A DNA stretch of 64,000 nucleotides from an uncultured Acidobacteriaceae bacterium (GTDB lineage: Bacteria; Acidobacteriota; Terriglobia; Terriglobales; Acidobacteriaceae), in assembly GCA_963722405.1 (NCBI GenBank), contig CAVRMO010000004.1, positions 12,510 through 76,509 of the forward strand. Reading direction: 5' to 3'. Positions 1-9,163 of the stretch are shown one piece after another. The notes below the pieces were generated by a model. It was not told the DNA's origin and made no database searches. It worked only from the letters and a program-made list of their open reading frames with translations. Each line of letters opens with the position of its first letter. Within the stretch, counting starts at the first letter, position 1. The position numbers were made by a program, and so were the translations under genes.

Positions 1-1
1 C

Positions 2-1612
2 TTGACCTCGGACCTCGCTGGTCCACCGGTGCTTTCGCCCGACGGTTCGTACCTCGCATTCACTGCCGTCGGCAGTGACGGCAAAACAAATCTCTGGGTT
101 CGTCCCATGAACGGCGCCGATGCGCGTACCCTGCCGGATACCAACGACGCGATTTTCCCCTTCTGGTCGCCGGACAGCCGGGCCCTCGGTTTCTTCGCCA
201 ATGGTAAGCTGCGGACCATCGATCTCAACGCGACCACCGCGGAGGCGGTTTGCGACGCGCAACTGGGACGCGGCGGTGCTTGGAGTCCCACCGGCGTCAT
301 CGTGTTCTCGCCATCTCCGATCGGCGCTTTGCTGCAGGTCAGCGCCAGCGGGGGCTCTCCCACGCCGCTGACAAAGTTGGACAACAGTCGGCATTCCTCC
401 CACCGCTGGCCATTCTTTCTTCCCGACGGCACTCATTTCTTGTACTTCGCCATGGACCACAACCCGTCGAGGCTTGCCAACAATGGCATCTACTACGCTT
501 CGCTGGACGGACGCGAGAACCGCCTGCTCCTGCACTCGCAAACCAATGCGATCTATGCGGCTGGGTTTCTGCTGTTCAACCGTGGCGATCAGTTGGTGGC
601 CCAGGCCTTTAATCCGGATAGAGGTGAATCGAGCGGCGAGTTGCAAACCGTGTCGTCCGATGTCTTGAACGATGTTTCTACGTGGCGCACAAGCGCGTCG
701 GCTACCAACAGCGGATTGGTGACCTTCGGCAATGGCAGCTCCGGGGCGGTGCAACTGGTTTGGATGGACCCCAATGGAAAGCCGCCGACCGTCGCTGCCG
801 ACAAGTTGCAGAATTTGCAGTTCGCCCGGCTGTCGCCGCAGGGCGACCGTGTTGCGATGGTTATCGATTCCGGCATGAACGATATCTGGTCGCTCGATTT
901 GGCGCGAGGAGTCAGCACACGCCTTACGTTTGGCCCCACCGGAAACACCTTCCCCGCGTGGTCGCCCGATGGTAAGTGGATCGCCTACAGTTCGTTGCGT
1001 GCTTCCGGGAGCGGCATCTACCGCCTGCCTACCGACGGCAGCGGCGCCGAAGAGTTATTGCTTCCCGACCCGCCCGGGAGTTCCTTTGCTCCCGATGACT
1101 GGTCGAAGGACGGCAAGACCCTGCTCTACTCGCCGAACGTCTTCATGCAAAAGGACAATGGCGTATGGGCCGTGTCGCTGGACGGAGATAGAAAACCACG
1201 CCAGGTTCTCTCGCATGGAACCAACGCAACCCTGTCTGCGAACGGACGCTGGCTTGCTTACGAGTCAGCCGAGTCAGGTCGGGTTGAGATTTACGTGCAA
1301 GCCTATGGCGGCGGACAGGGGAAATGGCAGATCTCTTCGAACCTGGGCCAGGCGCCGCGGTGGAGCGCCGATGGCAAAGAGCTTTTTTACTTCGACGAAC
1401 ATCAGTCGGTTGTCGGTGTCTCGGTGCAGGAGGGCGGAGGCGCGCTGCAATTCGGCTCTCCCCACACTGTAGTCAGCCAGTGGACGATCCTGACAATCCC
1501 GTTCTTCAGCGTCTCTCCTGACGGCAACCGATTTCTGATGGAGCGCGTCTCGCAGCAGGTGAACCAGCCCATCACGCTCATCACCAACTTCACTTCAGCA
1601 CTGAAGAAATAG
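2..1612 (+). CDS. TolB-like / WD40-like beta-propeller repeat protein, C-terminal part (5' end lies outside the window)
   Basis: The ORF is open from the window edge. It has recurrent blade motifs (SPDGSYLAF, WSPDSRALGF, WSPDGKWIAY, WSKDGKTLLY, WSADGKELFY, SPDGNRFLM) typical of TolB-type propellers. Confidence 0.8.
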   Translation: MTSDLAGPPVLSPDGSYLAFTAVGSDGKTNLWVRPMNGADARTLPDTNDAIFPFWSPDSRALGFFANGKLRTIDLNATTAEAVCDAQLGRGGAWSPTGVIVFSPSPIGALLQVSASGGSPTPLTKLDNSRHSSHRWPFFLPDGTHFLYFAMDHNPSRLANNGIYYASLDGRENRLLLHSQTNAIYAAGFLLFNRGDQLVAQAFNPDRGESSGELQTVSSDVLNDVSTWRTSASATNSGLVTFGNGSSGAVQLVWMDPNGKPPTVAADKLQNLQFARLSPQGDRVAMVIDSGMNDIWSLDLARGVSTRLTFGPTGNTFPAWSPDGKWIAYSSLRASGSGIYRLPTDGSGAEELLLPDPPGSSFAPDDWSKDGKTLLYSPNVFMQKDNGVWAVSLDGDRKPRQVLSHGTNATLSANGRWLAYESAESGRVEIYVQAYGGGQGKWQISSNLGQAPRWSADGKELFYFDEHQSVVGVSVQEGGGALQFGSPHTVVSQWTILTIPFFSVSPDGNRFLMERVSQQVNQPITLITNFTSALKK

Positions 1613-2355
1613 GGCGCAGATCGGGGCTTTCCGTTCCTGAATGGCGTGGCCCTGGTCACACATACAGGTCCCTATCCTCGCCGGGCGTGCCTCACCATTT
1701 CGACGAATACCTTTTTGGATTGCGCTGTATCGCTCACTTCCCGTAAGAACGCGATCCGAGTTGCCATCCCGGGTCGCACAGCAACCTGTGGAAGGATTGT
1801 GCCGGTACGATCTTGAAACTCTGAAGCGCCGCCGACTTGGGATCGTACGGACCTGTGCGGGGGGCGAATCAGCGATGCTCGTCCCTACCGCGAGAGTGGG
1901 CCTGTTCGAAGTCACTTTGCCGTAGAACGCCCTACTCGTAGAAGTGGGCGGCCCAAACTCCCCCGAAGTCGGGTTATGGGAAGTTTGCCCGGACAATCGC
2001 TGAGATTCCTCCGGGATGACGAACGATACAGGAATGCCGTACAACGCCGCTATCCCCGACTAAATAAAAGCGAGCAGGAACACGTCAAGGCTGGAAAGAA
2101 ACTGCACCTTCTTCTTCATGGCGGACGTAGCGGCGATACACAAAGAGTCATCCCCTGAGCAACGGGCAAAAAGTTACACCTGTGGCCGCTATCGTGGCCA
2201 GTCAAAGGGGGACGAGAAGGGAGCGCCCACATTGCCGTTATCGAGGGACACCCTGCATGCCTAGGCGGTACCCAAAAGACCGGCGAGAATCTGGGGCCGC
2301 TATCTTACAGGACAATGCGCCATGACGCGCTCATTCGAACCCACATCGATCAGCC

Positions 2356-2967
2356 TCATCGCACCCCGCGTGACATAAACCAATACGCAACAGCACCCAG
2401 CAAGGCCACCACTGGTACCGCTCTCCAAATGAGACGCGTCCGCAGGCTTGTTGCGGATGACAGAAGCGGGGATGAACTTACTTGTGCCGGGTACTCATCC
2501 GTTGTAGCAGCTATTGGGGGAGGAACGGGGGTGGCCTCTTCGGATGCCGCCCCGATACGGGCGCGCACCTGTGCGGCGACATCGGGCAGCAGGCTCGAAC
2601 TGGCTTCCTTCACTTGCGGTGGAGGGGCCGGGATAGTCTTGGTGCGGACGGGAGCGAGAAAGCGGTAGCCGCGCCTGGGAATCGTCTCAAGGTAGAGAGG
2701 GTTATCGACGTTGTCGCTGAGAGCGGTTCGGATCTGCTTTATGCACTTGTTCACGCCCTGTTCAAAATCGACGAAGGTGTCGCCGCCCCAGATCTGATTC
2801 TGGATCTCATCTCGCGTTACCACCTGCCCCGATCGACTGGCCAACAAAGCCAACAATTTGAAGGGCTGAGGCGAGAGTTTCAGGGTGTTTCCATTTTTGC
2901 GGATTTCTTCCAAGTCGAGGTTCAACTCGAAAACTCCAAAGCGAAGAAGTCGGTAGGTATCGTTCAA
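2356..2967 (-). CDS. Membrane-anchored winged-helix transcriptional regulator (OmpR/PhoB-type DNA-binding domain, CadC/ToxR-like)
   Basis: The N-terminus (FGVFELNL..LKLSPQPFKLLALLASRSGQVVTRDEIQNQIWG..YLETIPRRGYRF) is a winged-helix trans_reg_C signature. One C-terminal hydrophobic segment is present (WRAVPVVALLGAVAYWF). TTG is the only in-frame start. Confidence 0.8.
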   Translation of the reverse strand: MNDTYRLLRFGVFELNLDLEEIRKNGNTLKLSPQPFKLLALLASRSGQVVTRDEIQNQIWGGDTFVDFEQGVNKCIKQIRTALSDNVDNPLYLETIPRRGYRFLAPVRTKTIPAPPPQVKEASSSLLPDVAAQVRARIGAASEEATPVPPPIAATTDEYPAQVSSSPLLSSATSLRTRLIWRAVPVVALLGAVAYWFMSRGVR

Positions 2968-3858
2968 GGCACGGTCCCCGCACTTGCCTCAAATGGTGTG
3001 GATTATATCGCTGTTAATGCTGCGGATGTCTAATTTTGTTTGGTCAGAGTAGCGTGTAAATGCCGTGTTGACAGCGATTGAGACGGTCATCTCGCGGCTA
3101 TCCTGAGGTCACGCCGTATCCATTGCGAAGTCACGCGTTAACCATTGAAATAACAACCAAAAGAATCGTACTGTGCCCCCCGGAGCGGAAGAGTTGAGCG
3201 ATAACCGACGAACCGATCGATCGGGAGAGCACCCTGAGGCAGAAGAGGGTTGCGCCTCAGGGCTTAAATGCCAAGTTCCACAGAAAGATCGAGTTTGCTG
3301 TTTCTGGGATCCCGCATTCTTGGTCTGAGCGGCCTCGTGCACAAGCGGCTGCTCACTTTAAGTTAGGGGACGACGTTCTCTGGCCTGCCGTTCAACGTAC
3401 ATCCCCCAGGGTGAGGGACTCCTCACCCACCCAACAATCGCTGCCACTACTATGACCCCAAGGCGTCTATTTCGCGGTGGATGCCGCGGTGATCGTTGGT
3501 GCGACGGACATCACTCTGTCGGAAGCTCCGCCACACTGCAGAGTAGACGATCCGGACGTCATGCGGCTTGCCCTGGCCAGGTCGACACAATTCAGTGTGA
3601 TTTCGTCTAATCATGCGCATTCAGTTTTCGAAGTTGATCGCCTTTGCAGCCCTGATTGCCGTAGCCGCCCTCGTTTTCGCACAGTCGCCGACCTATCCTC
3701 AAAAGCGCGCAAGCATACCAGCATACCGCCGCCGTGACAGGAGCACGACGGTTCATTGGCCGGATATTTCACAGACTCCCCAGAAGTCGGGATCTGGGAA
3801 GTTGCCCCGCACTCGAACCGTCCCCTGCCGGCTCGGAAGGTTGCCGAGGTTAGTAATT

Positions 3859-4284
3859 TCACCAACTTACCACAGCAACCTTGTTCACCCCGCTGCATGC
3901 CAGGAACAGTCGTCGATCAGGAGTTGCCACCATATTGCGGACCACGCCACCACCCGATGGGATCTGCTTCGTACTGAAACCCTGCGATTTTGGGTCGAAT
4001 CGGACCAGAGTATTGGGTTTCACACCCGACTCGCTAAACCAAACCCCTCCCTCTGTCGTGATCGCAATTCCATATGGTTCTGACTCCGAGCCGCCCGGTG
4101 ACAACCATTCTTCCAGCAGCTTTCCGCTCGACGGGTCGAAATGGCCGAGATACCCGCGCGCGAAGTCCGTGTAATAAATTGTGCCGTCAGGCGCTAGCGC
4201 AATCCGGCGAGGGCGAGCACCCGCTGCTGGCAAGGTGTATTCGCGGATTCTCATGGTCTTCGGGTCAATACTGGCCAGTTTGCT
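3859..4284 (-). pseudogene. Vgb-like (streptogramin-lyase-family) beta-propeller, C-terminal fragment, separated from its N-terminal part by an IS insertion
   Basis: The reading frame ..SKLASIDPKTMRIREYTLPAAGARPRRIALAPDGTIYYTDF..GIAITTEGGVWFSE.. continues the 5268-5841 fragment once 4285-5277 is removed. Confidence 0.7.
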
Positions 4285-5267
4285 TCTGCTTATCTGGTTG
4301 CTTCAGCAAGCCCCAATAGGTAGTGTTGAGGGGTGCCCCGACCGTCGTTTCCAAAGACGCTACGCCAATTTCAAGCCGACTTCGCCAGTGAAAAGGCCTG
4401 CGAGCAGTACTTGGCGGCTTGTCGCTGGCCCGATGGTTTCATTTGTCCTCGATGCGGACATCATCGAGCCTACGAATTGGTGAACCAGCGACGGCGGCAG
4501 TGTGCTGGCTGCCGGCACCAAGTCTCACTGACCGCTGGGACCGTTCTTCACCGGACCAAGATCCCCTTGACCCATTGGTTTTGGGCCGCCTACCTGATGA
4601 CCACTGACAAACGCGGTGTGTCCGCCGTGCTGGTGCAGCGTCAGCTCGGATTGTCCTGTTACGAAACTGCCTGGATGATGCTTCACAAACTCCGCCGGGC
4701 CATGGTGAATACGGCTCGAGATCCGCTGTACGGCGAGGTAGAAGTGGATGACACGTGGGTGGGCGGCGAGCAGGCTGGTCTGCGAGGAAGTCGACAGCTC
4801 AAGGGGCCACGAGCGGCCCTCGTTCTGGTGGCAGTGGAGAAGCGTGGCAAGGGCTCGGGGCGTGTCCGCATGAGAGTGATCCCGGACTTCAAGGCCAAAA
4901 CAATCCTCCCTTTTCTCACCCAGAATGTCTCTGCCGGCTCGACCATCTACACCGACGGTCTCAAGAGCTTTGACGGGCTTACAGAGGCCGGTTTCAAGCA
5001 CATCCGTCGCACTCAACCGCTGCGATCGGAACTAAGCAAAGGTGCAAAATCGGCGGTACCTTTGGCTGATCGCGCCATTGGCAATCTCAAGCAATGGCTC
5101 ATCGGCACCTACCACGGTGTGAGCCGGGCTCAACTCCAGGTTTACCTGGACGAGTTTGTCTTTCGGCACAATCGCCGCAAGCAGCCTGCGGCTTCATTTC
5201 AAACTCTGCTCGGACTTGGAACTGCGCGAAAATCAACGGAGTACCTGTCCATACGCGGCGCGCGGGA
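4285..5267 (+). mobile_element. IS1595-family insertion sequence (about 983 bp) inserted in the Vgb-like gene
   Basis: A 10-bp direct repeat CCAGTTTGCT lies at 4275-4284 and 5268-5277, consistent with an 8-10 bp target duplication. The interrupted host frame is restored by excision. The element carries a single transposase ORF. I could not see clean terminal inverted repeats. Confidence 0.7.
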
Positions 5268-5811
5268 CCAGTTTGCTAGTACCGAACTCGCAAAAGAAGG
5301 GCGTGTTGTTCTGCAAGATGACGATTCCGTAGGGCACAGCGTGCGGTGTAGGCAACTTTGTCAGGGTCATCTTGCCGGTCTTCGGATCGAGCCTCCCAAT
5401 GTAGTTGGTCTCCTCATTGGTGAACCACAGAATGCCATTCTGGTCGAATACGGGCGTGTGCGGGTCGATCTCGGTGCCATCGGCCGGACGATACTCGACG
5501 ATCTCGCCAGTCCTTGGGTTGAGTTTGCCGACATAACCCGCAGAGATCGCGGTGAACCAGATGTTGCCGTCTCTATCAGCCACCAGCCCGTGTGGACCCG
5601 AGTTCGGGGTCTTCAAAGGGTATTCCTTAAACTCTCCAGTTTTCGGATCGAGCTGGCCCAGTTTGTTCGCCCCTTGTGCGGTGTACCACAGGGAGCCATC
5701 CGGCGCCAGTGCTGGATCGTGGGGCCGCGACTTCGGCGTTGGCACCTCGTATTCCTGGATCCGTACGTTCAACGTTCCCACAGTCATAGAGCCGGCAAGC
5801 GCGGCAGCTAG
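4333..5811 (+). CDS. IS1595-family (ISXO2-like) transposase; only the first ~311 codons are IS-derived, and the ORF then reads out of the element antisense to the Vgb fragment
   Basis: It has an N-terminal zinc ribbon (CPRCGHHRAYELVNQRRRQCAGCRHQ), DDE-region motifs (VEVDDTWVGG, TIYTDGLKSF) and a C-terminal YLDEFVFRHNRR. There is no stop codon before the inferred IS end at 5267. Confidence 0.8.
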   Translation: MPRPSFPKTLRQFQADFASEKACEQYLAACRWPDGFICPRCGHHRAYELVNQRRRQCAGCRHQVSLTAGTVLHRTKIPLTHWFWAAYLMTTDKRGVSAVLVQRQLGLSCYETAWMMLHKLRRAMVNTARDPLYGEVEVDDTWVGGEQAGLRGSRQLKGPRAALVLVAVEKRGKGSGRVRMRVIPDFKAKTILPFLTQNVSAGSTIYTDGLKSFDGLTEAGFKHIRRTQPLRSELSKGAKSAVPLADRAIGNLKQWLIGTYHGVSRAQLQVYLDEFVFRHNRRKQPAASFQTLLGLGTARKSTEYLSIRGARDQFASTELAKEGRVVLQDDDSVGHSVRCRQLCQGHLAGLRIEPPNVVGLLIGEPQNAILVEYGRVRVDLGAIGRTILDDLASPWVEFADITRRDRGEPDVAVSISHQPVWTRVRGLQRVFLKLSSFRIELAQFVRPLCGVPQGAIRRQCWIVGPRLRRWHLVFLDPYVQRSHSHRAGKRGS

Positions 5812-5841
5812 CGTGAACAAACAAAGTTTGTGCAGAGACAT
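5268..5841 (-). pseudogene. Vgb-like beta-propeller, N-terminal fragment with signal peptide
   Basis: It starts MSLHKLCLFTLAAALAGS at ATG 5841. Propeller repeats follow (PHDPALAPDGSLWYTAQGANKLGQLDPKTGEF, PHGLVADRDGNIWFTA, GKLNPRTGEI, GRLDPKTGKM). The frame ends ..FCEFGTSKL at the IS junction. Confidence 0.7.
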
Positions 5842-5927
5842 GCCCGTCCTCCTTGGCAGCACATTCTTAAGCGAGGGTCCCCTCGGTCCTTTTGCGACCG
5901 ACAGCTTCTTCAGGTTCTGGTTGACCA

Positions 5928-6125
5928 CTAGGGCATCGCGATGAACAGAATCTGCATCGGAGTCCGTAGCCAAAGCGGAGTAGCCGGTTTACCGCGCAGA
6001 GTAACGTGTTCGAGCGCTGCGTTCAAGTTGGCAGAAAACATCTCGATGAGCAGCAAACTAAGGCAAACGCCAGCCAACGATCGAAAACTGGCGAGTAGCA
6101 GTCCGACCGCTCCAAGAAGTTCCAA
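5928..6125 (-). pseudogene. Possible DoxX-like membrane protein, C-terminal remnant
   Basis: ELLGAVGLLL...FSANLNAALEHVTLRGKPATPLWLRTPMQILFIAM resembles the C-terminal half of DoxX-type proteins. An in-frame TAG lies about 10 codons upstream, and I found no N-terminal half in any frame. Confidence 0.35.
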
Positions 6126-6313
6126 AACGCCCGTGAGGTATCGGGCGCCCGCCTACCGCACGCGGCTGAACCAGACGTGACCACATCCTCCGCAGACCCA
6201 AAGAAGTGGTTTCAGGTTGTCTTCCAAGTCGAGCCGGTCTGAGATTACAACTCAGATCGGACGGAGTTTTCAGTAACCATAGCGGCCGACATGCGCAGCA
6301 CGCGCGTACAAGC

Positions 6314-6739
6314 TTACTTGTCCTTCTGCACGCTCTCGAACCCCTTTTCAAATTGCGTGACCAGCGGAGTCTCGCCGGACTGGAGACCGTCGCGTCCCAT
6401 GACGCGCCAGAGAAAATTGCCACTCGGCCACGGGCGCGCGTCGTACACGGCCATCACATCTTCGGAAGGCCGGCTCATCACGAGAATGATGATGTCGGCT
6501 TCGGAAGGCCGGTACACGATCACCAGTTTACCCCACTCCTGAATGGCGTTCTGCACCGCGCCGATCGCGTTCCGATCTTCGGGAAGCAGGTTCGGATCGA
6601 ACTGATCTCCGTCATAGGAGGAAACGTAAACATAGCGCGCATTCGCCAGAATGCCTGGAAACACTGGCGCTTTCGCGGTACTCGGATTAGGCGCAGCCGG
6701 TGCGGAAATCGCGGCCAGCACAATCAAGGTGATCGCCAC
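6314..6739 (-). CDS. Hypothetical exported protein (5' end possibly frameshifted, see findings)
   Basis: The sequence is coding-like (YVYVSSYDGDQFDPNLLPEDRNAIGAVQNAIQEWGKLVIVYRPSEADIIILV) with a hydrophobic N-terminus. The opposite-strand ORF 6206-6877 is R/H-rich shadow. Confidence 0.6.
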   Translation of the reverse strand: MAITLIVLAAISAPAAPNPSTAKAPVFPGILANARYVYVSSYDGDQFDPNLLPEDRNAIGAVQNAIQEWGKLVIVYRPSEADIIILVMSRPSEDVMAVYDARPWPSGNFLWRVMGRDGLQSGETPLVTQFEKGFESVQKDK

Positions 6740-6877
6740 GACAAAAAAATCGCTTCATACAAATGCCTCTGCAGTTTAGATGCCGTCGGGGAGGGCGGAG
6801 GTGCCGCGCTCTCAAACCAGTACTGTCCGGGACAGCAAGCCATCTCCTATAACTCCTGCACTGACCATACAGTTTGA

Positions 6878-7054
6878 CTGACGCTCGCCCAGACCAAGGG
6901 GAGCGTCAAGGACGTGCAGGGCATCCTTGGGCACAGCAAAGCCGATACCACCGTCAATGTCTACATGCAGCCGATCGAGGAAAGCGTGAAGCAGACGCTG
7001 GGAGCGATCTACGCGGAGTTGAGGGCGCGGCCGAAGCTGGTTGCGGTATCGTGA
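6878..7054 (+). pseudogene. Tyrosine recombinase (phage-type integrase), C-terminal remnant
   Basis: This 58-codon open frame has no start. It reads LTLAQTKGSVKDVQGILGHSKADTTVNVYMQPIEES..*, containing the conserved LGH-x(4-6)-TT-x2-Y catalytic-Tyr box. A TGA lies immediately upstream. Confidence 0.6.
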
Positions 7055-7139
7055 AATGGAAAAATTTGGTACGCTTTTTGGTACGCTTTGGTACGGTGGG
7101 TCTTTGGGGCGGTCCGCAAGTGGTTGTCCCTCAACGGTT

Positions 7140-7214
<75 letters not shown>

Positions 7215-7232
7215 TCCTTATTTGCTTACTGC

Positions 7233-7260
7233 ACAGCCACTTACGAGTGGCTGTAGTTTC
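7233..7260 (+). terminator. Hairpin downstream of tRNA-Val
   Basis: ACAGCCACT-tacg-AGTGGCTGT forms a perfect 9-bp stem, followed by AGTTTCTTG (a weak U tract). Confidence 0.5.
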
Positions 7261-8119
7261 TTGCCGTCAAAAACCCGGCCCGATGTCAACCCGATGAAAT
7301 TCAATGGGTGTACCCCACCGCATGCCTTCTCTCTTGAGACAGGGATAAGCAGTACATGCCGTTAGGGGGAGAAGGTGTATCAGGTGAATGAGAAGGTCGG
7401 CCATGAGAAGGTGGGGTGTGGACTTTCACGGCACGCGAAGAGGCAGAGGAAAGAAGCTGCGGATTGCCTCTAGCTTAAACCGCAGGGTGACGGCAGTCCG
7501 ATTTGCTGTACAAGATCGGCTCTAAAACGGCAGTGGGCTTGAATTCTACCGAAAACACAGGGGTTGACGGGGTGAGGATTTACTTGAAATTCCCCCGACA
7601 ATCCCTGTGCCAAAGGAGGCCAACAATGCCTGTACCAATGTTTACGTAGTCTCCAGTCCGCGTCCGTGATGGCGGTCACGCTTCAAGGACGGTGTAGGTG
7701 GTGCAACGTCGGACGGGTAGCAACTCGAAGGGTTCGTCAAACCTTAAAAGGTGGGAAGCCCGTGACGAGCGTCACAGGTTTTATCAACAGCAGTGCGTAT
7801 TGCTGTGCAAAAGAGGGAGTATTTGGGCTGCGGCTACGACTATCGGGGGGAGTTCTTGATCGCGACTCGTTGATGCGGACTAGTCAGGCTTTCTGTCGAG
7901 GATTCCCAATCCCTTGACTTCCTGCACCAATCTGCTTTCGCGAACCTCAGCATCACCCCTGCTTGCTGCGGCAACACGATCCTTGAAAATCTTGATTTTC
8001 TTATGTACGTCTGCAAAAACGTTTGTGTACGGCTGATCTGCCACGGTGTTTCTCCCCGACTCGGATTCTACTCGTTTGTGCCTCTGTTCCAACTCGATGA
8101 TCGGCGTTAGCCGTGCGTT

Positions 8120-8296
8120 TCAAGCAGGTCGCATTCCCTGTTTCTGAAGGCTTTGTACTACACCCGCAGTGTGTGGATTCTCACTTTCAACTGGAAACGT
8201 GTGCTTGAATTCGCATCGGATGGAGCAGAAGTCGAATGTGTCACGGGCATTTGAAGCTTGTTGCACATAGTCACGGAAACATTCCATACACATCAT
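8120..8296 (-). CDS. Small Cys-rich (CxxC...CxxxC) hypothetical protein, 58 aa (below the ORF-track cutoff)
   Basis: The protein is MMCMECFRDYVQQASNARDTFDFCSIRCEFKH... A strong SD (GAAGGAG) lies 7 nt upstream of the ATG. Confidence 0.4.
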   Translation of the reverse strand: MMCMECFRDYVQQASNARDTFDFCSIRCEFKHTFPVESENPHTAGVVQSLQKQGMRPA

Positions 8297-8544
8297 GTCG
8301 TTACTCCTTCACCACTTCCGCATATCTGATGATTGCGTCGTCTGTGGTCGAGGGCAACTGATAACGTGTCGGTTTAAATACGAAAGTAACCACCATGCTC
8401 CCGCAGTTCAAAGGACAGGAGAACCAACAGTTTCGTGGCGGTGTCGATTGATGGGGAGGTCACGGGTTTATGGGGTTGGGCACGGGGCGCGAAAACGACG
8501 AAACGAATGAGGCCGCAATCCCGACCCGCGACGAGCAGCGCGGA

Positions 8545-8724
8545 TCACCCCAACTCAGCGGAAAGCATGTACTCCCCTGCATCCCAGTCCCATTCGATTC
8601 TGAGGACATTCGGCTTGCAGCAAACCTGCCAGTCTTCCACGTAACTCTGCCGCATCCCCACGGAAGCATCCACCAACGTCTCGTTCCACTCTCCGCAGCC
8701 AGCGCACTGAAAGCCTGAGGTCAT
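8545..8724 (-). CDS. CPXCG-motif-like cysteine-rich small protein, 59 aa (below the ORF-track cutoff)
   Basis: MTSGFQCAGCGEWNETLVDASVGMRQSYVEDWQVCCKPNVLRIEWDWDAGEY.. matches the C-x-x-CG ... Y-x-ED-x-x-VCC-x-P pattern of the CPXCG family. No obvious SD. Confidence 0.5.
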   Translation of the reverse strand: MTSGFQCAGCGEWNETLVDASVGMRQSYVEDWQVCCKPNVLRIEWDWDAGEYMLSAELG

Positions 8725-9163
8725 CGATTCTAATATTCATTGAAACTTTGTGGGGAATTGCCTGTGGGGAATTGCCTTGACACCTTGGAAGGGACAGCGC
8801 ACAGTCGAGGCAGAGGTAGTCGTTCCTCTCCTTTTCCAGATTTCCTGTACTAAGTCAGCCGATCTGAAGTTCTTCGACCTTAGTCGCGATTTGACCACGG
8901 TGCTCTGCCGTGATGCCCGAGCGAAAGAGATCCCATTCCTCTCAAGCTCTCGCAATACCATCTGGGCTAGCACTTCAAAGGTGAAAAAGATGAGGAAACT
9001 AATTGCCTCGTTGTTGTGGCCAATACCTGCACTGCTGTTTGCTCCCATGATCGTGCTTTTTGCTAGCGGGATTCGGGTGAAAAATAAGGATCGTCCCCTT
9101 AACTGCCATCTATATCCGCTTTCGCGACAGAAGAAATAGCGCAGAGTAATATGGAGTTTCGTC

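Noticed and set aside
1595-2125. A 149-aa minus-strand ORF in the 740-nt gap, preceded in frame by MKKKVQFLSSLDVFLLAFI and a TAG (a possible pseudogene with a premature stop).
   Set aside because: The translation is R/S/T-rich with no motif I recognise. Third-position GC is not coding-like. I cannot support it without a homology search.
3613-4083. A plus-strand ORF beginning with a signal-peptide-like MRIQFSKLIAFAALIAVAALVFAQ.
   Set aside because: It has no SD. After about 80 codons it runs antisense through the Vgb-like fragment, and the rest is R/S/P-rich. A short secreted peptide cannot be excluded, but I cannot support it.
4285-5267. A search for terminal inverted repeats of the IS1595-type element.
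   Set aside because: I saw only a weak similarity (AGGTAGTGTTGA versus AGGTACTCCGTTGA) at unequal distances from the ends. The ends are therefore defined only by the target duplication and the restored host frame.
6206-6877. A 223-aa plus-strand ORF.
   Set aside because: It is antisense to the more protein-like 6314-6739 ORF. It has R/H-rich shadow composition.
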